Part shown: piece by piece, positions 16,671-25,184 of the stretch
Layout: every line of letters starts with the position of its first letter
Position numbering within the stretch: position 1 is the first letter of the stretch
Source: Candidatus Saccharimonadota bacterium
Lineage (GTDB): Bacteria; Patescibacteriota; Saccharimonadia; Saccharimonadales; UBA4665
Direction of reading: 5' to 3'
Length of the DNA: 32,000 nt
NCBI GenBank assembly: GCA_016699955.1
Contig: CP064993.1
Coordinates: 330,001 to 362,000 of the forward strand
Notes under the pieces: model-generated
Seen by the model: the letters and a program-made list of their open reading frames with translations, nothing else
Databases searched by the model: none
Told to the model about the DNA's origin: nothing
Program-made: the position numbers and the translations under genes

Positions 16671-16922
16671 TTACGCAAGATGGTTTATGGTCCCATGGGC
16701 TAAGCTGATATCCACAATCCTTGCGGGCATAGCATTTGCGACTGCGAACACGGTAATACCGAGGCCTAGTGACCCCGCACTTAGGGCAAGCGGGGGGTCG
16801 CCGTATTGTTTAGCGAACATGAAGTCTAGGCAGGCGACGTCATCCGGGAATTGCTTGTGTAGGGTATCAATGGTGTACGGGGGGCTTTCATCAATTGCAT
16901 CTTTTCCTTTCCTTGACGTCAA
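16671..16922 (-). pseudogene. IS1595-family transposase N-terminal remnant, frameshifted and truncated
   Basis: The ORF frame gives FPDDVACLDFMFAKQYG. The zinc ribbon CPKCGV..YYRVRSRKCYARKDCGYQLSP is readable only in the +1 frame after a C6 run (plus-strand G6 at 16792-16797). The frame then returns for GTINH and stops. No DDE domain follows. Confidence 0.6.
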
Positions 16923-16959
16923 GGGATACTCTTCTGGTAGTGGTTATTGACAACAGACC

Positions 16960-16988
16960 TTGAAAATTATTGAGCATATGGTTATACT
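16960..16988 (+). promoter_or_regulatory. sigma70-like promoter (TTGAAA, 17-nt spacer, TATACT)
   Basis: TTGAAA at 16960-16965 and TATACT at 16983-16988, 32 nt before the ATG at 17021. Confidence 0.45.
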
Positions 16989-17020
16989 CTAGTATATTGT
17001 ATTAAGCTAATACTCTCGCT

Positions 17021-17572
17021 ATGAAAAGTCGTCTCTCGCATATTTCAACCTCTCGTAAACTTGCCCTGCTTGTTGGGGTTTTGCTGTGCCTAGGAATAGT
17101 TATCGCAATACTCGAAAAAACAGGAACAACAAACATACTCCGCATGCCGCAGACGGCCGAACAAAAAAAAGTTACGCAGCAGGCAGAAGCAGAAAAAAAA
17201 GCTGACACGGAAGCGAAACAGTCGTTTCTCGATGATTCACAAAAAACTACACCCTCACAAGATACCCCTGTATCAGAACCTCAGCCCAATCAGTCCAATC
17301 TGAACCTAGACGTAAAACAGGAGGGAGAAACCGTAACCGTGCTTACGAAACTTTCAGGAGTTTCGTCGGGAGAATGCGTACTCAAGGCACAAAACGGCAG
17401 CAAGAGCACAGAGCAGCAGGCTCAGATAATCTACCAGCCAGAATTCTCGTCTTGCGCCGGATTCAATATCGCAAAAAGTACCCTAGGCGTCGGCCAATGG
17501 CAGATCACATTGACAGTAACAACAAGTTCAGGACAAACACTTTCACAAGGACAATCTTTGGAGGTGAAATAA
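17021..17572 (+). CDS. hypothetical N-terminally anchored extracytoplasmic protein
   Basis: 183 aa. It has one N-terminal TM helix (LALLVGVLLCLGIVIAIL), a charged low-complexity linker rich in Q, E, K and P, and a C-terminal ~90-aa beta-rich domain with two Cys. Confidence 0.6.
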   Translation: MKSRLSHISTSRKLALLVGVLLCLGIVIAILEKTGTTNILRMPQTAEQKKVTQQAEAEKKADTEAKQSFLDDSQKTTPSQDTPVSEPQPNQSNLNLDVKQEGETVTVLTKLSGVSSGECVLKAQNGSKSTEQQAQIIYQPEFSSCAGFNIAKSTLGVGQWQITLTVTTSSGQTLSQGQSLEVK

Positions 17573-17575
17573 ACC

Positions 17576-19822
17576 ATGCGTAAGTTATGGTTAATCACGT
17601 TAGTTGCCGTATTGCTTTTACCTGTGAGCCTAGTCCTACCGGCTCAATCCGTCATGGCTGTCTCTGCAAGTGACTGGAAAGCAGGTCGTATCATAGATGA
17701 TGGATTGTTTACAAATGCCAATGACATGTCCGTTGGTGATATCCAGGCATTTTTGAATAGCAAAGTGCCCGCTTGTGACAACAATGGTCAGAAGTCGGTT
17801 GGCTACTACTATAATGCCTCTACGGGGCAACCGAAATTTTCTTCTTTTGCGGGGGGCACCTGGACGACAACGACTCGAGCCGTTTTTGCACAAAGGTACG
17901 GCAGCTACTACCAGAGTAACGTTAGCAACTTGCCGTTTACCTGTTTAAAAGATTATTACGAGGTACCGAAGACAGCGCCGGGGCCAGGGCTTCCCGCTAG
18001 CAACGCATTTGGCGCACCGATTCCCGCTGGTGCAGTCAGCGCAGCTCAGATGATTTATAACGCAAGTATAAAGTACAGTATTAACCCCAAGGTTCTACTC
18101 ATAAAGCTTCACACGGAATCGGCTGGCCCCCTCACGACAGATGATTGGCCATTCCAAAATCAATACCTATATGCCATGGGTGCGCACTGTCCGGATAGTG
18201 GCCCGGGAGGTAGTGCTAATTGTGATAGTAACTATGCAGGATTCTCAATCCAGATGGATGAGGCTGCTGATTTATTGAGATGGTACCGAGATAGTATGAC
18301 TCAGTCATGGTGGCAATATAAAAAACCCTACCAAGTAAATAGCATCTTGTGGAATGTCGCACCGACCGGATGTGGTGCAGGGAATGTCCATATAGAAACA
18401 AAAGCTAGCGCGGCACTATATACTTACACCCCTTACCAACCAAACGCCGCAGCGCTTGCAAACATGTACGGCACCGGTGACGGCTGTAGTGCCTACGGAA
18501 ATCGAAACTTCTGGAGAGTGTGGAATGACTGGTTTGGCTCCCCTCTGGCCACTTCATTTTCTGCTCAACCTTTATATCAGCAACTATACTCAGATAGCAA
18601 TCGAACGGTGCCTGCTGGCTGGAATGCAAGTGCTCTCACAAACAAAACGCTTTATGCCCGCGTAATCATGAAAAATACAGGTAACTCTGCGTGGACAAAA
18701 TCAGGGGCATTCGGTATTACAGACACCCGCCTAGCAACATCTAGCCCGTGGGGTAGGCCCAGCCTGTTGTGTGACGATTCTACATGGGTTATCCCATGTA
18801 CTCGCGCAGGTTCTTTAATAGAAAACAACGTTGCGCCAGGAGCACTAGGAACATTCGAGTTCGTTCTAAAAACCCCTTCACGGCCTGGAGCGTACACTGA
18901 GAAATTTACCCCTATCATCGATGGGCGTACAGTTTTCTCGAGTGGAGAAATGGTATTTAAGATAGACGTCTACCCTGATATATTCGCTGCTCAACCCGTA
19001 TGGCAACAAGTATACACAGATAATACAAAGGCATTTTCCTTAGGTTGGAACGCAGAATTAGTGGCCGGTAGCAAGGCGCATGTTGTAGTCGCCATGAAGA
19101 ATACAGGCAATACAACATGGACAAAATCAGGATCTTTCACAATAACCGATACTAGGCTCGCTACCTATGGGCCATGGGGTCGAGATAGTCTGCTCTGTGA
19201 CGAATCTTGGATTATTAAATGCTCGAGGCCCGCTCCGCTCAATGAGGCGACTGTTAATCCTGGGCAAATCGGTACTTTCGAATTCACTGCACAAGCACCA
19301 AGACAGCCTGGTAACTATAGCGAATCATTTGCACCTATTGTTGACGGAAGAACACTATTTAGCTCTGGTGCAATGACTATTAATCTCAGCGTCAAGCCTG
19401 CAGTGTTTTCTGCTCAACCGATTTGGCAACAAATTTATACTGACTCTTCGAAGTCAACTCCATTGGGATGGAATGCAGACCTTGTTACTGGACAATCAGC
19501 CTACGCTGTAGTGGTATTTAAGAATACAGGCAATACAACATGGACAAAATCAGGATCTTTCACAATAACCGATACTAGGCTCGCTACCTATGGGCCATGG
19601 GGGAGACAAAGCATAATCTGTAATAATAGCTGGCTCATCAACTGCACTAGACCAGCTGGGTTAAATGAGACTAGCGTGGCACCTGGTGAAAATGGGTCGT
19701 TTGAGTTCCCTATTAAGGCTCCGTCACAGCCGGGATCATACAGTGAATCTTTCGCGCCTGTTGTTGATGGTAGGACAGTATTTAATAACGGCGGTATGGC
19801 TATAAACTTGACAGTTAGATAA
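17576..19822 (+). CDS. secreted multidomain protein: uncharacterised N-terminal domain plus three NBR1-like Ig-fold repeats
   Basis: Signal peptide MRKLWLITLVAVLLLPVSLVLPAQSVMA. GGAGGTGA SD lies upstream, and the gene starts 3 nt after the previous stop. The C-terminal 420 aa consist of three units of 138-142 aa. Confidence 0.8.
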   Translation: MRKLWLITLVAVLLLPVSLVLPAQSVMAVSASDWKAGRIIDDGLFTNANDMSVGDIQAFLNSKVPACDNNGQKSVGYYYNASTGQPKFSSFAGGTWTTTTRAVFAQRYGSYYQSNVSNLPFTCLKDYYEVPKTAPGPGLPASNAFGAPIPAGAVSAAQMIYNASIKYSINPKVLLIKLHTESAGPLTTDDWPFQNQYLYAMGAHCPDSGPGGSANCDSNYAGFSIQMDEAADLLRWYRDSMTQSWWQYKKPYQVNSILWNVAPTGCGAGNVHIETKASAALYTYTPYQPNAAALANMYGTGDGCSAYGNRNFWRVWNDWFGSPLATSFSAQPLYQQLYSDSNRTVPAGWNASALTNKTLYARVIMKNTGNSAWTKSGAFGITDTRLATSSPWGRPSLLCDDSTWVIPCTRAGSLIENNVAPGALGTFEFVLKTPSRPGAYTEKFTPIIDGRTVFSSGEMVFKIDVYPDIFAAQPVWQQVYTDNTKAFSLGWNAELVAGSKAHVVVAMKNTGNTTWTKSGSFTITDTRLATYGPWGRDSLLCDESWIIKCSRPAPLNEATVNPGQIGTFEFTAQAPRQPGNYSESFAPIVDGRTLFSSGAMTINLSVKPAVFSAQPIWQQIYTDSSKSTPLGWNADLVTGQSAYAVVVFKNTGNTTWTKSGSFTITDTRLATYGPWGRQSIICNNSWLINCTRPAGLNETSVAPGENGSFEFPIKAPSQPGSYSESFAPVVDGRTVFNNGGMAINLTVR
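19097..19179 (+). repeat. 83-bp perfect direct repeat, copy 1
   Basis: Identical to 19520-19602. The offset of 423 nt equals exactly one repeat unit. Confidence 0.9.
19520..19602 (+). repeat. 83-bp perfect direct repeat, copy 2
   Basis: Identical to 19097-19179. The flanking repeat sequence is strongly diverged. Confidence 0.9.
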
Positions 19823-19833
19823 TGTGACGATTT

Positions 19834-19842
19834 TGCTATACT
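19834..19842 (+). promoter_or_regulatory. extended -10 (TGcTATACT) 6 nt before the ATG, implying a leaderless transcript
   Basis: TATACT at 19837-19842, then aactct and the ATG at 19849. Confidence 0.45.
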
Positions 19843-19848
19843 AACTCT

Positions 19849-20796
19849 ATGAGTAAAAAAATCTCCATTGTAACGCCTGCATATAACGAAGATGCCGGTA
19901 TAGCTCATTATTATGAGAGGCTTAAGGCTGCTCTCCCTGCTCGATACTCCTACGAGATTCTGTTCGTAGACGACGGAAGCACTGATGATACACTTAAAGT
20001 TCTAAAATCAATAATGAATAAAGATAAGTCAGTTCGAATAATTTCGTTCTCAAGGAACTTTGGGAAAGAGGCAGCAACAACCGCAGGCATTGTATCATCC
20101 ACAGGAGAAGCTATCCTAGTTGTAGACGCCGATGGGCAACACCCTGTTGATCGTATAGATGACTTTTTAAAGGAGTGGGAAAGAGGCAGCAAAGTCGTCA
20201 TCGGCGTTCGTACTGCAAATCAAAAAGAGGGCATCATCAAACGTTATGGCTCAAAACTTTTTTATGCTTTATTCAACGCCATGGCTAATGAGAACTTAGT
20301 ACCTGGGTCTACAGATTTTCGGCTTATAGATGCAAGTGTAAAAATTGAGTTTGCTAAATTAAAAGAAAAAAACAGAATTACACGAGCACTTATAGACTGG
20401 CTTGGATATAAAAAGACATATATTACATTTACAGCAAATGCACGCGAGTTTGGTGAAGCAACATACACAAATTCAAAGCTAGTGAAACTCGCATTTAACA
20501 GCTTTGTATCGCTCACAACTTTCCCATTATATGCATCGGGTTATCTAGGATTAATCATTATTCCACTATCTGTGTTGCTGGGATTATTCATTATTGTAGA
20601 ACAATTTATGTTAGGAGACCCCCTACAACTCAATGTAACGGGGTCCGGTATACTCGGTACTTTTATAGTCTTCCTAGTGGGAATTATCCTAGCTTGCCAA
20701 GGACTTATTGCTATGTATATTTCGCGTATATATGAAGAAGCAAAAGATAGACCTCTATACATTATTGAGCACGACTCGTCGTCTAACGAAAAATAA
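19849..20796 (+). CDS. polyprenol-phosphate glycosyltransferase, GT2 family (GtrB/CsbB/DPM1-like)
   Basis: 315 aa. It contains ISIVTPAYNE, FVDDGSTDDT, VVDADGQHP, and two C-terminal TM helices. Confidence 0.85.
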   Translation: MSKKISIVTPAYNEDAGIAHYYERLKAALPARYSYEILFVDDGSTDDTLKVLKSIMNKDKSVRIISFSRNFGKEAATTAGIVSSTGEAILVVDADGQHPVDRIDDFLKEWERGSKVVIGVRTANQKEGIIKRYGSKLFYALFNAMANENLVPGSTDFRLIDASVKIEFAKLKEKNRITRALIDWLGYKKTYITFTANAREFGEATYTNSKLVKLAFNSFVSLTTFPLYASGYLGLIIIPLSVLLGLFIIVEQFMLGDPLQLNVTGSGILGTFIVFLVGIILACQGLIAMYISRIYEEAKDRPLYIIEHDSSSNEK

Positions 20797-21211
20797 CTTT
20801 TTTATAAAGAACGTAGTTCCATAGCGTTATACAAATAGTTGCAAGCATCTTTGATACTAACGGTATAATCCCAATAAGGAGTGTTAGCCTAATAAATAGA
20901 TACGTAAAAAAATTATTAAAAACGAAAAGTAGGATGTACAGAATTAACTGCTTGCCGCCAGAGTGGCGGTGTCTTGAATCCGACTTAAATGTCCATTTCT
21001 TGTTTAGGCTAAAGCTTGCAATTAAACCACTCGTAAGCCCAGCAGCGACGGAGACCGAGAGAGGCGCGTTAAGCGCGTATAAAAACAACAAAAAAATAAT
21101 GTAATCTATGGCCAGCGCAAACACGCCGGATATGACATATGCTATGACCCGCTTGTTAGAGCGTACTGTATTACGTAGCAAATCTATATCTAGTTTATGT
21201 TTTTTATTCAT
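20783..21211 (-). CDS. GtrA family membrane protein
   Basis: 142 aa with four TM helices and the motifs LNKKWTFKS and NYVLYKKVIFR. Its 3' end overlaps the GT2 gene convergently by 14 nt. Confidence 0.8.
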   Translation of the reverse strand: MNKKHKLDIDLLRNTVRSNKRVIAYVISGVFALAIDYIIFLLFLYALNAPLSVSVAAGLTSGLIASFSLNKKWTFKSDSRHRHSGGKQLILYILLFVFNNFFTYLFIRLTLLIGIIPLVSKMLATICITLWNYVLYKKVIFR

Positions 21212-21217
21212 AATGCT

Positions 21218-21223
21218 ATTATA
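21218..21223 (-). promoter_or_regulatory. -10 box (TATAAT) 6 nt before the ATG, implying a leaderless transcript
   Basis: The reverse strand reads ccTATAATagcattATG. The same AT-rich core read on the plus strand gives TATTAT (21217-21222), 14 nt before the ATG at 21237. Confidence 0.45.
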
Positions 21224-21236
21224 GGGTCACCCATCG

Positions 21237-23018
21237 ATGCATAACAAATTCATTCCTTATATCTTAAAAATACTCTCTGGGAATAGAATTCTATTTGTAG
21301 TCCTGTTAACACTAGTAATACTACTATACACTACGCCTTTCTTGTTGACTGGTAGTCTCCTCGCACCAGGAGATGCTGACTACCTAATGCAATCCGTAGA
21401 AGCAGCTCGTAAATCTATGCTGGAATACGGTCAATTCCCATGGTGGAATCCTTGGATTAGTGGAGGAGTTCCGCTCTTTGCTAACCCGCAATTTGGTCTG
21501 TTAAGTTTACCTACATTATGTGGCCTAGTATTTGGATCCATTCTTGGATATAAAATTGCACTGGTCATGTACTTGATAATTGGTTTCTGGGGCATGTTTT
21601 ATCTTTTAAATCGCTGCTTCCGGACACCAATCATCACAGCGATTCTTTTAAGTTATGTGTGGACGTTCGGGAGCTTCTTTGCTCACCGAGTAGCTGGCCA
21701 CTATACATTTTTCACAATCGAGTTCTTTCCTTTGTTACTATACATTTTTATAAGACGTCGAGAAATTAAACATGGTTGGCTGTGGTTTGGACTCCTGCTA
21801 GGACTCATGATAAATGCCGCCGCTCACAATACCACCGTAATGAGCCTAGCGGTTATTGGATTATTTATTATCATAGAACTCGTTAAGATTGGCTTAAAGA
21901 TTTCAAAAAAGCGTTCACTGAAAGTATCTATTGAGTTAAATCTTATTGAGATAAAAATGTTAGTAATGGCGGGGCTTGTGACATTAGTGGTTGCTGGACC
22001 ACGTATGCTTTTAAGTATGAGTTACGTCCGCGAATACCCTCGAAATCTATCGTTCTTCCCGGAAGAAACTATAGGCATATTCAAGGGCATATTCTCAATC
22101 TTCGGTCCGATACGACAATACATTGATCAGCCTACAATACCAAACTGGTCGTGGATGGAAGTAAGTGCGTATATTGGGTTTGCAACAGGAATTGCCGCGA
22201 TAATCTGTCTTATTTTACTAATAAGGTCGCGGCTTCTGTTTAAGCATGTCGTAAATAGAATATCTCCAGGTATTATATTGATCCTCGGCGTTGTTTTCTT
22301 CCTCTTAGGTCTTGGGCTAATTATTGGTAATGTTTCACCTTACAATATTTTGAGTCATCTCCCAGTATTCTCTGATATGCGCGTAGCTTCAAGGTGGATG
22401 GTATGGTCATCCTTGATGGTAATACTCTTCGTTGGGGCATATCCCCTGAATAGGTACCGAAAAGTAATTAATGCTCTTGTGGCAATCAGTGTCGTTGAGC
22501 TTTTTATATTCGGCTCTGTCTTTTTCGCAAAACCTTACACTATTCACGCTGCTGACTACCCGGAATCAGACGTCATCAACCAACAAATTCATTACGACAC
22601 AAAGCGGAATGGTGCGGTATATGACGAAAACCTGACAGCTACAACCATGTCTAACATTGGTCAGGTCATTGCTGGAGACGCCCTTATTGATACACGTAAT
22701 CCTGCGCCTTTCGGGGCAGATACAATACGTTGCGATAGCGATATTAACTCCTGTACATTTATCCTAACAAACAATGCTACTGTGGAAAAGTGGTCGCCAA
22801 ACCACATAATTCTGAGACGGACTGGCCCAGGTAATATTCGTATTAATATGAATCCTGGAAAATATTGGCTTGTGAACGGTGTCTATCCATTTTGGAATAT
22901 GAGATTAGCCGAGCCAGGAAGTGAGTTCATTATCACCAATCCAAGTGACAGAATAGCCCTGAAGATTCAGCCAAAATTTTCACCTGAGTGGTTCATGTGG
23001 AGATTGTCTCAACTTTAA
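21237..23018 (+). CDS. large polytopic membrane protein, probable GT-C-type (YfhO-like) extracytoplasmic glycosyltransferase
   Basis: 593 aa with about 12 or more TM helices. The first external loop carries PGDADY and FPWWNPWISGGVPLFANPQ. A soluble ~170-aa C-terminal domain follows. It sits next to the GtrB-like and GtrA genes. Confidence 0.55.
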   Translation: MHNKFIPYILKILSGNRILFVVLLTLVILLYTTPFLLTGSLLAPGDADYLMQSVEAARKSMLEYGQFPWWNPWISGGVPLFANPQFGLLSLPTLCGLVFGSILGYKIALVMYLIIGFWGMFYLLNRCFRTPIITAILLSYVWTFGSFFAHRVAGHYTFFTIEFFPLLLYIFIRRREIKHGWLWFGLLLGLMINAAAHNTTVMSLAVIGLFIIIELVKIGLKISKKRSLKVSIELNLIEIKMLVMAGLVTLVVAGPRMLLSMSYVREYPRNLSFFPEETIGIFKGIFSIFGPIRQYIDQPTIPNWSWMEVSAYIGFATGIAAIICLILLIRSRLLFKHVVNRISPGIILILGVVFFLLGLGLIIGNVSPYNILSHLPVFSDMRVASRWMVWSSLMVILFVGAYPLNRYRKVINALVAISVVELFIFGSVFFAKPYTIHAADYPESDVINQQIHYDTKRNGAVYDENLTATTMSNIGQVIAGDALIDTRNPAPFGADTIRCDSDINSCTFILTNNATVEKWSPNHIILRRTGPGNIRINMNPGKYWLVNGVYPFWNMRLAEPGSEFIITNPSDRIALKIQPKFSPEWFMWRLSQL

Positions 23019-23041
23019 GGCTATTATAATGGAGTGAGAGT

Positions 23042-23950
23042 ATGGCAAAAATATCTCCGAAACAAGTCAAAGAGCTGAATAAACTATTGCTAGGTAAGTC
23101 CATCAGCATAACAAAAGCAGGATCAATAGCAAAACGCATAAATTCCAGTGGTGGTAACGCGCGACTTTACGCAGTTGAGTTATTCCTCTCACCGGAGTTC
23201 TTAAAAATAAGTCGCAATGCAGCAATGGAGTTCCACCTATACTACGCTCACCATGCACGCTTACAGCTAGTATCATCTCTTCTTCCTCCTGCAAAGAGGA
23301 TTGTTGATCTTGGAGGAGCAAACGGATCTGTCTACGAGATGGGATACCCCCATGATTTTGAAGAGATAATCGTCGTAGATTTACCTCCTGATTCCCGAGA
23401 TCCTATGTATAAGGAATTGAAGCTAAAACCTAAAAAAACTCCTCAAGGCAAAATACGAGTTCACTTCGGTGACATGAGTGATCTTAGTTTTCTGGATGAC
23501 AACAGCGTGGATCTTGTATGGGCAGGCGAGTCAATTGAGCATATCGACGAAGAAGCGGGCGAGTTAATGATTCGTGAAGCTTATCGGGTTCTAAAACCTG
23601 GTGGATCATTCAGCCTCGATACGCCTAACCGTCTCATCACTCAAATCCATACTTCTGGATTTATACATCCTGAACATAAGCTCGAATACTATCCAAAGCA
23701 AATTAAGTCAGTACTGCGTAAGTGTGGCTTTAAAATTGTTGAGCAAAGAGGTGTTCGCGACATGCCCCGAACGCATGCAACAAAGGTGTTCCACTACCAA
23801 GATTATGTACTAGGGAACCCGTTGCCTAGCTCTATTGAATCAGCTTATATGCAGTACTACCGTTGTGTTAAACCACTCCCCATTCGGCATCGGATAGCAG
23901 TAAAGCGTAGACTATCTGGTTTAAGAAACCTCACCCGACCGAAGAAGTAA
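23042..23950 (+). CDS. class I SAM-dependent methyltransferase
   Basis: 302 aa. Motif I is IVDLGGANG. Also present are DLVWAGESIEH and LKPGGSFSLDTPN. GGAGTGAG SD lies upstream. Confidence 0.75.
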   Translation: MAKISPKQVKELNKLLLGKSISITKAGSIAKRINSSGGNARLYAVELFLSPEFLKISRNAAMEFHLYYAHHARLQLVSSLLPPAKRIVDLGGANGSVYEMGYPHDFEEIIVVDLPPDSRDPMYKELKLKPKKTPQGKIRVHFGDMSDLSFLDDNSVDLVWAGESIEHIDEEAGELMIREAYRVLKPGGSFSLDTPNRLITQIHTSGFIHPEHKLEYYPKQIKSVLRKCGFKIVEQRGVRDMPRTHATKVFHYQDYVLGNPLPSSIESAYMQYYRCVKPLPIRHRIAVKRRLSGLRNLTRPKK

Positions 23951-23957
23951 TTCTTTG

Positions 23958-25184
23958 TTATACGCTCTTCACGAACGCATTAACCTGATCGAACATATCA
24001 TACCAGCTAGTAGGTTTGTAGCTGTCTTGAATACTCTTCTCTTTTTCTAATAAAGTATCGTCATCGAGGTATTTTACGATGCACGACAGAATATCTCCTG
24101 TGTCGTATGGTGAAAAATAGTCTATTAAGTCTCCGGCAATCTCCGGCAATGAAGATGTGTTTGACGAAATACATAATTTTCCATACGAAAGCGATTCTGC
24201 GACAGGCATACCCCAACCCTCATAGAATGATGGGAAGATACTAAACCTGCAATTACAATATAGCCATACCAGAGTGGAATCATCCGCATCGTTGATGACA
24301 AGTATACCTTGTTTAGCGATAGGGTCGTGTTCGACGATGTAGCTAAAGTCATCCGTTTGCCAGCCCTTGCGGCCTACGATAACAATCATAGGTATAACTA
24401 TGCCTCTACGATTTGCTTCTCTCAGCGCATAGAAAAGGGATAAATGATTTTTTCGTACTTCTACTGTGCTGACAGATAAAATAAATCCTGGCTTAAGATC
24501 ACCGAGTTTTGCGGGTAAATTACTGCCTGAAACCTCATCAATATTCTCTCCAATCCTCACAACATTAATAGCAGGACTGTTTTGTATACTATGATCCTTT
24601 ATGAATTCTCGTACATCAGATGCTGTTGATTCAGAGATTGCTATAATACCTTCAGAGATCGAAAAAACTTTTTTTTGATAATCAGTAAACGTTTCAGGAA
24701 GCCAATCAACTACAAAACCTGGAAACAACGTAGGGATCATGTCGAAAGCAAAGTGTACGAGCTTAAAACCATGTTGTTCCTTTGCTTTCTTTAAATCGTT
24801 TATAAACTCACCTACCCATATTCCTCCCAGAATAAGGACCTTGTCATCTTTCTTAAACGGGCTTGTTACACGAACGGTATCATGTGCGTGCCTATACGAA
24901 GTACGATTACCCGCAAGAAAAACACGGCTCCTTGCTAGAAATTTCTTGGTATGTTCTGTATATACTTTATGGTCTTTCTTTGTATCTATAATCCCAGACT
25001 TCACGATATCATCTGGGATAAAATCAACCTGGCTGAACGCCTTTTTTTCCTCCGTGTATACAAAGAATTTCACCACTTCTTTAGATTCAATATATAGCTT
25101 AGAAAGATTATACTGAATTCTTTGTATGCCTGTTAGGCTTCCCTTCCACTGAAGAAAGTCTGTGAGATCGATCCAGACCGTCAT
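23958..25184 (-). CDS. glycosyltransferase, GT4 family
   Basis: 408 aa. N-terminus WIDLTDFLQWKGSLTGIQRIQ, and the EX7E region FPSFYEGWGMPVAESLSYGK. It overlaps the upstream gene by 4 nt (ATGA). Confidence 0.8.
   Translation of the reverse strand: MTVWIDLTDFLQWKGSLTGIQRIQYNLSKLYIESKEVVKFFVYTEEKKAFSQVDFIPDDIVKSGIIDTKKDHKVYTEHTKKFLARSRVFLAGNRTSYRHAHDTVRVTSPFKKDDKVLILGGIWVGEFINDLKKAKEQHGFKLVHFAFDMIPTLFPGFVVDWLPETFTDYQKKVFSISEGIIAISESTASDVREFIKDHSIQNSPAINVVRIGENIDEVSGSNLPAKLGDLKPGFILSVSTVEVRKNHLSLFYALREANRRGIVIPMIVIVGRKGWQTDDFSYIVEHDPIAKQGILVINDADDSTLVWLYCNCRFSIFPSFYEGWGMPVAESLSYGKLCISSNTSSLPEIAGDLIDYFSPYDTGDILSCIVKYLDDDTLLEKEKSIQDSYKPTSWYDMFDQVNAFVKSV

Larger units (their letters stand above)
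18557..19819 (+). repeat. three tandem intragenic domain repeats (periods of 426 and 423 nt)
   Basis: The units start at 18557, 18983 and 19406. Each opens with F(S/A)AQP.(Y/W)QQ.Y(S/T)D and contains KNTGN..WTKSG, TDTRLAT..PWGR and PG.Y.E.F.P..DGRT.F. Confidence 0.9.

Noticed and set aside
16214-16950. ORFs 16214-16597 (minus) and 16522-16950 (plus).
   Set aside because: The first is antisense to the replication-relaxation gene. The second is antisense to the IS1595 remnant. Neither has recognisable motifs.
18557-19819. Diversity-generating retroelement (template/variable repeat pair) as an explanation for the near-identical repeat segments.
   Set aside because: The 83-bp copies are perfectly identical, with no adenine-specific mismatches. 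Both lie inside the same ORF as ordinary domain repeats. No reverse transcriptase gene is nearby.
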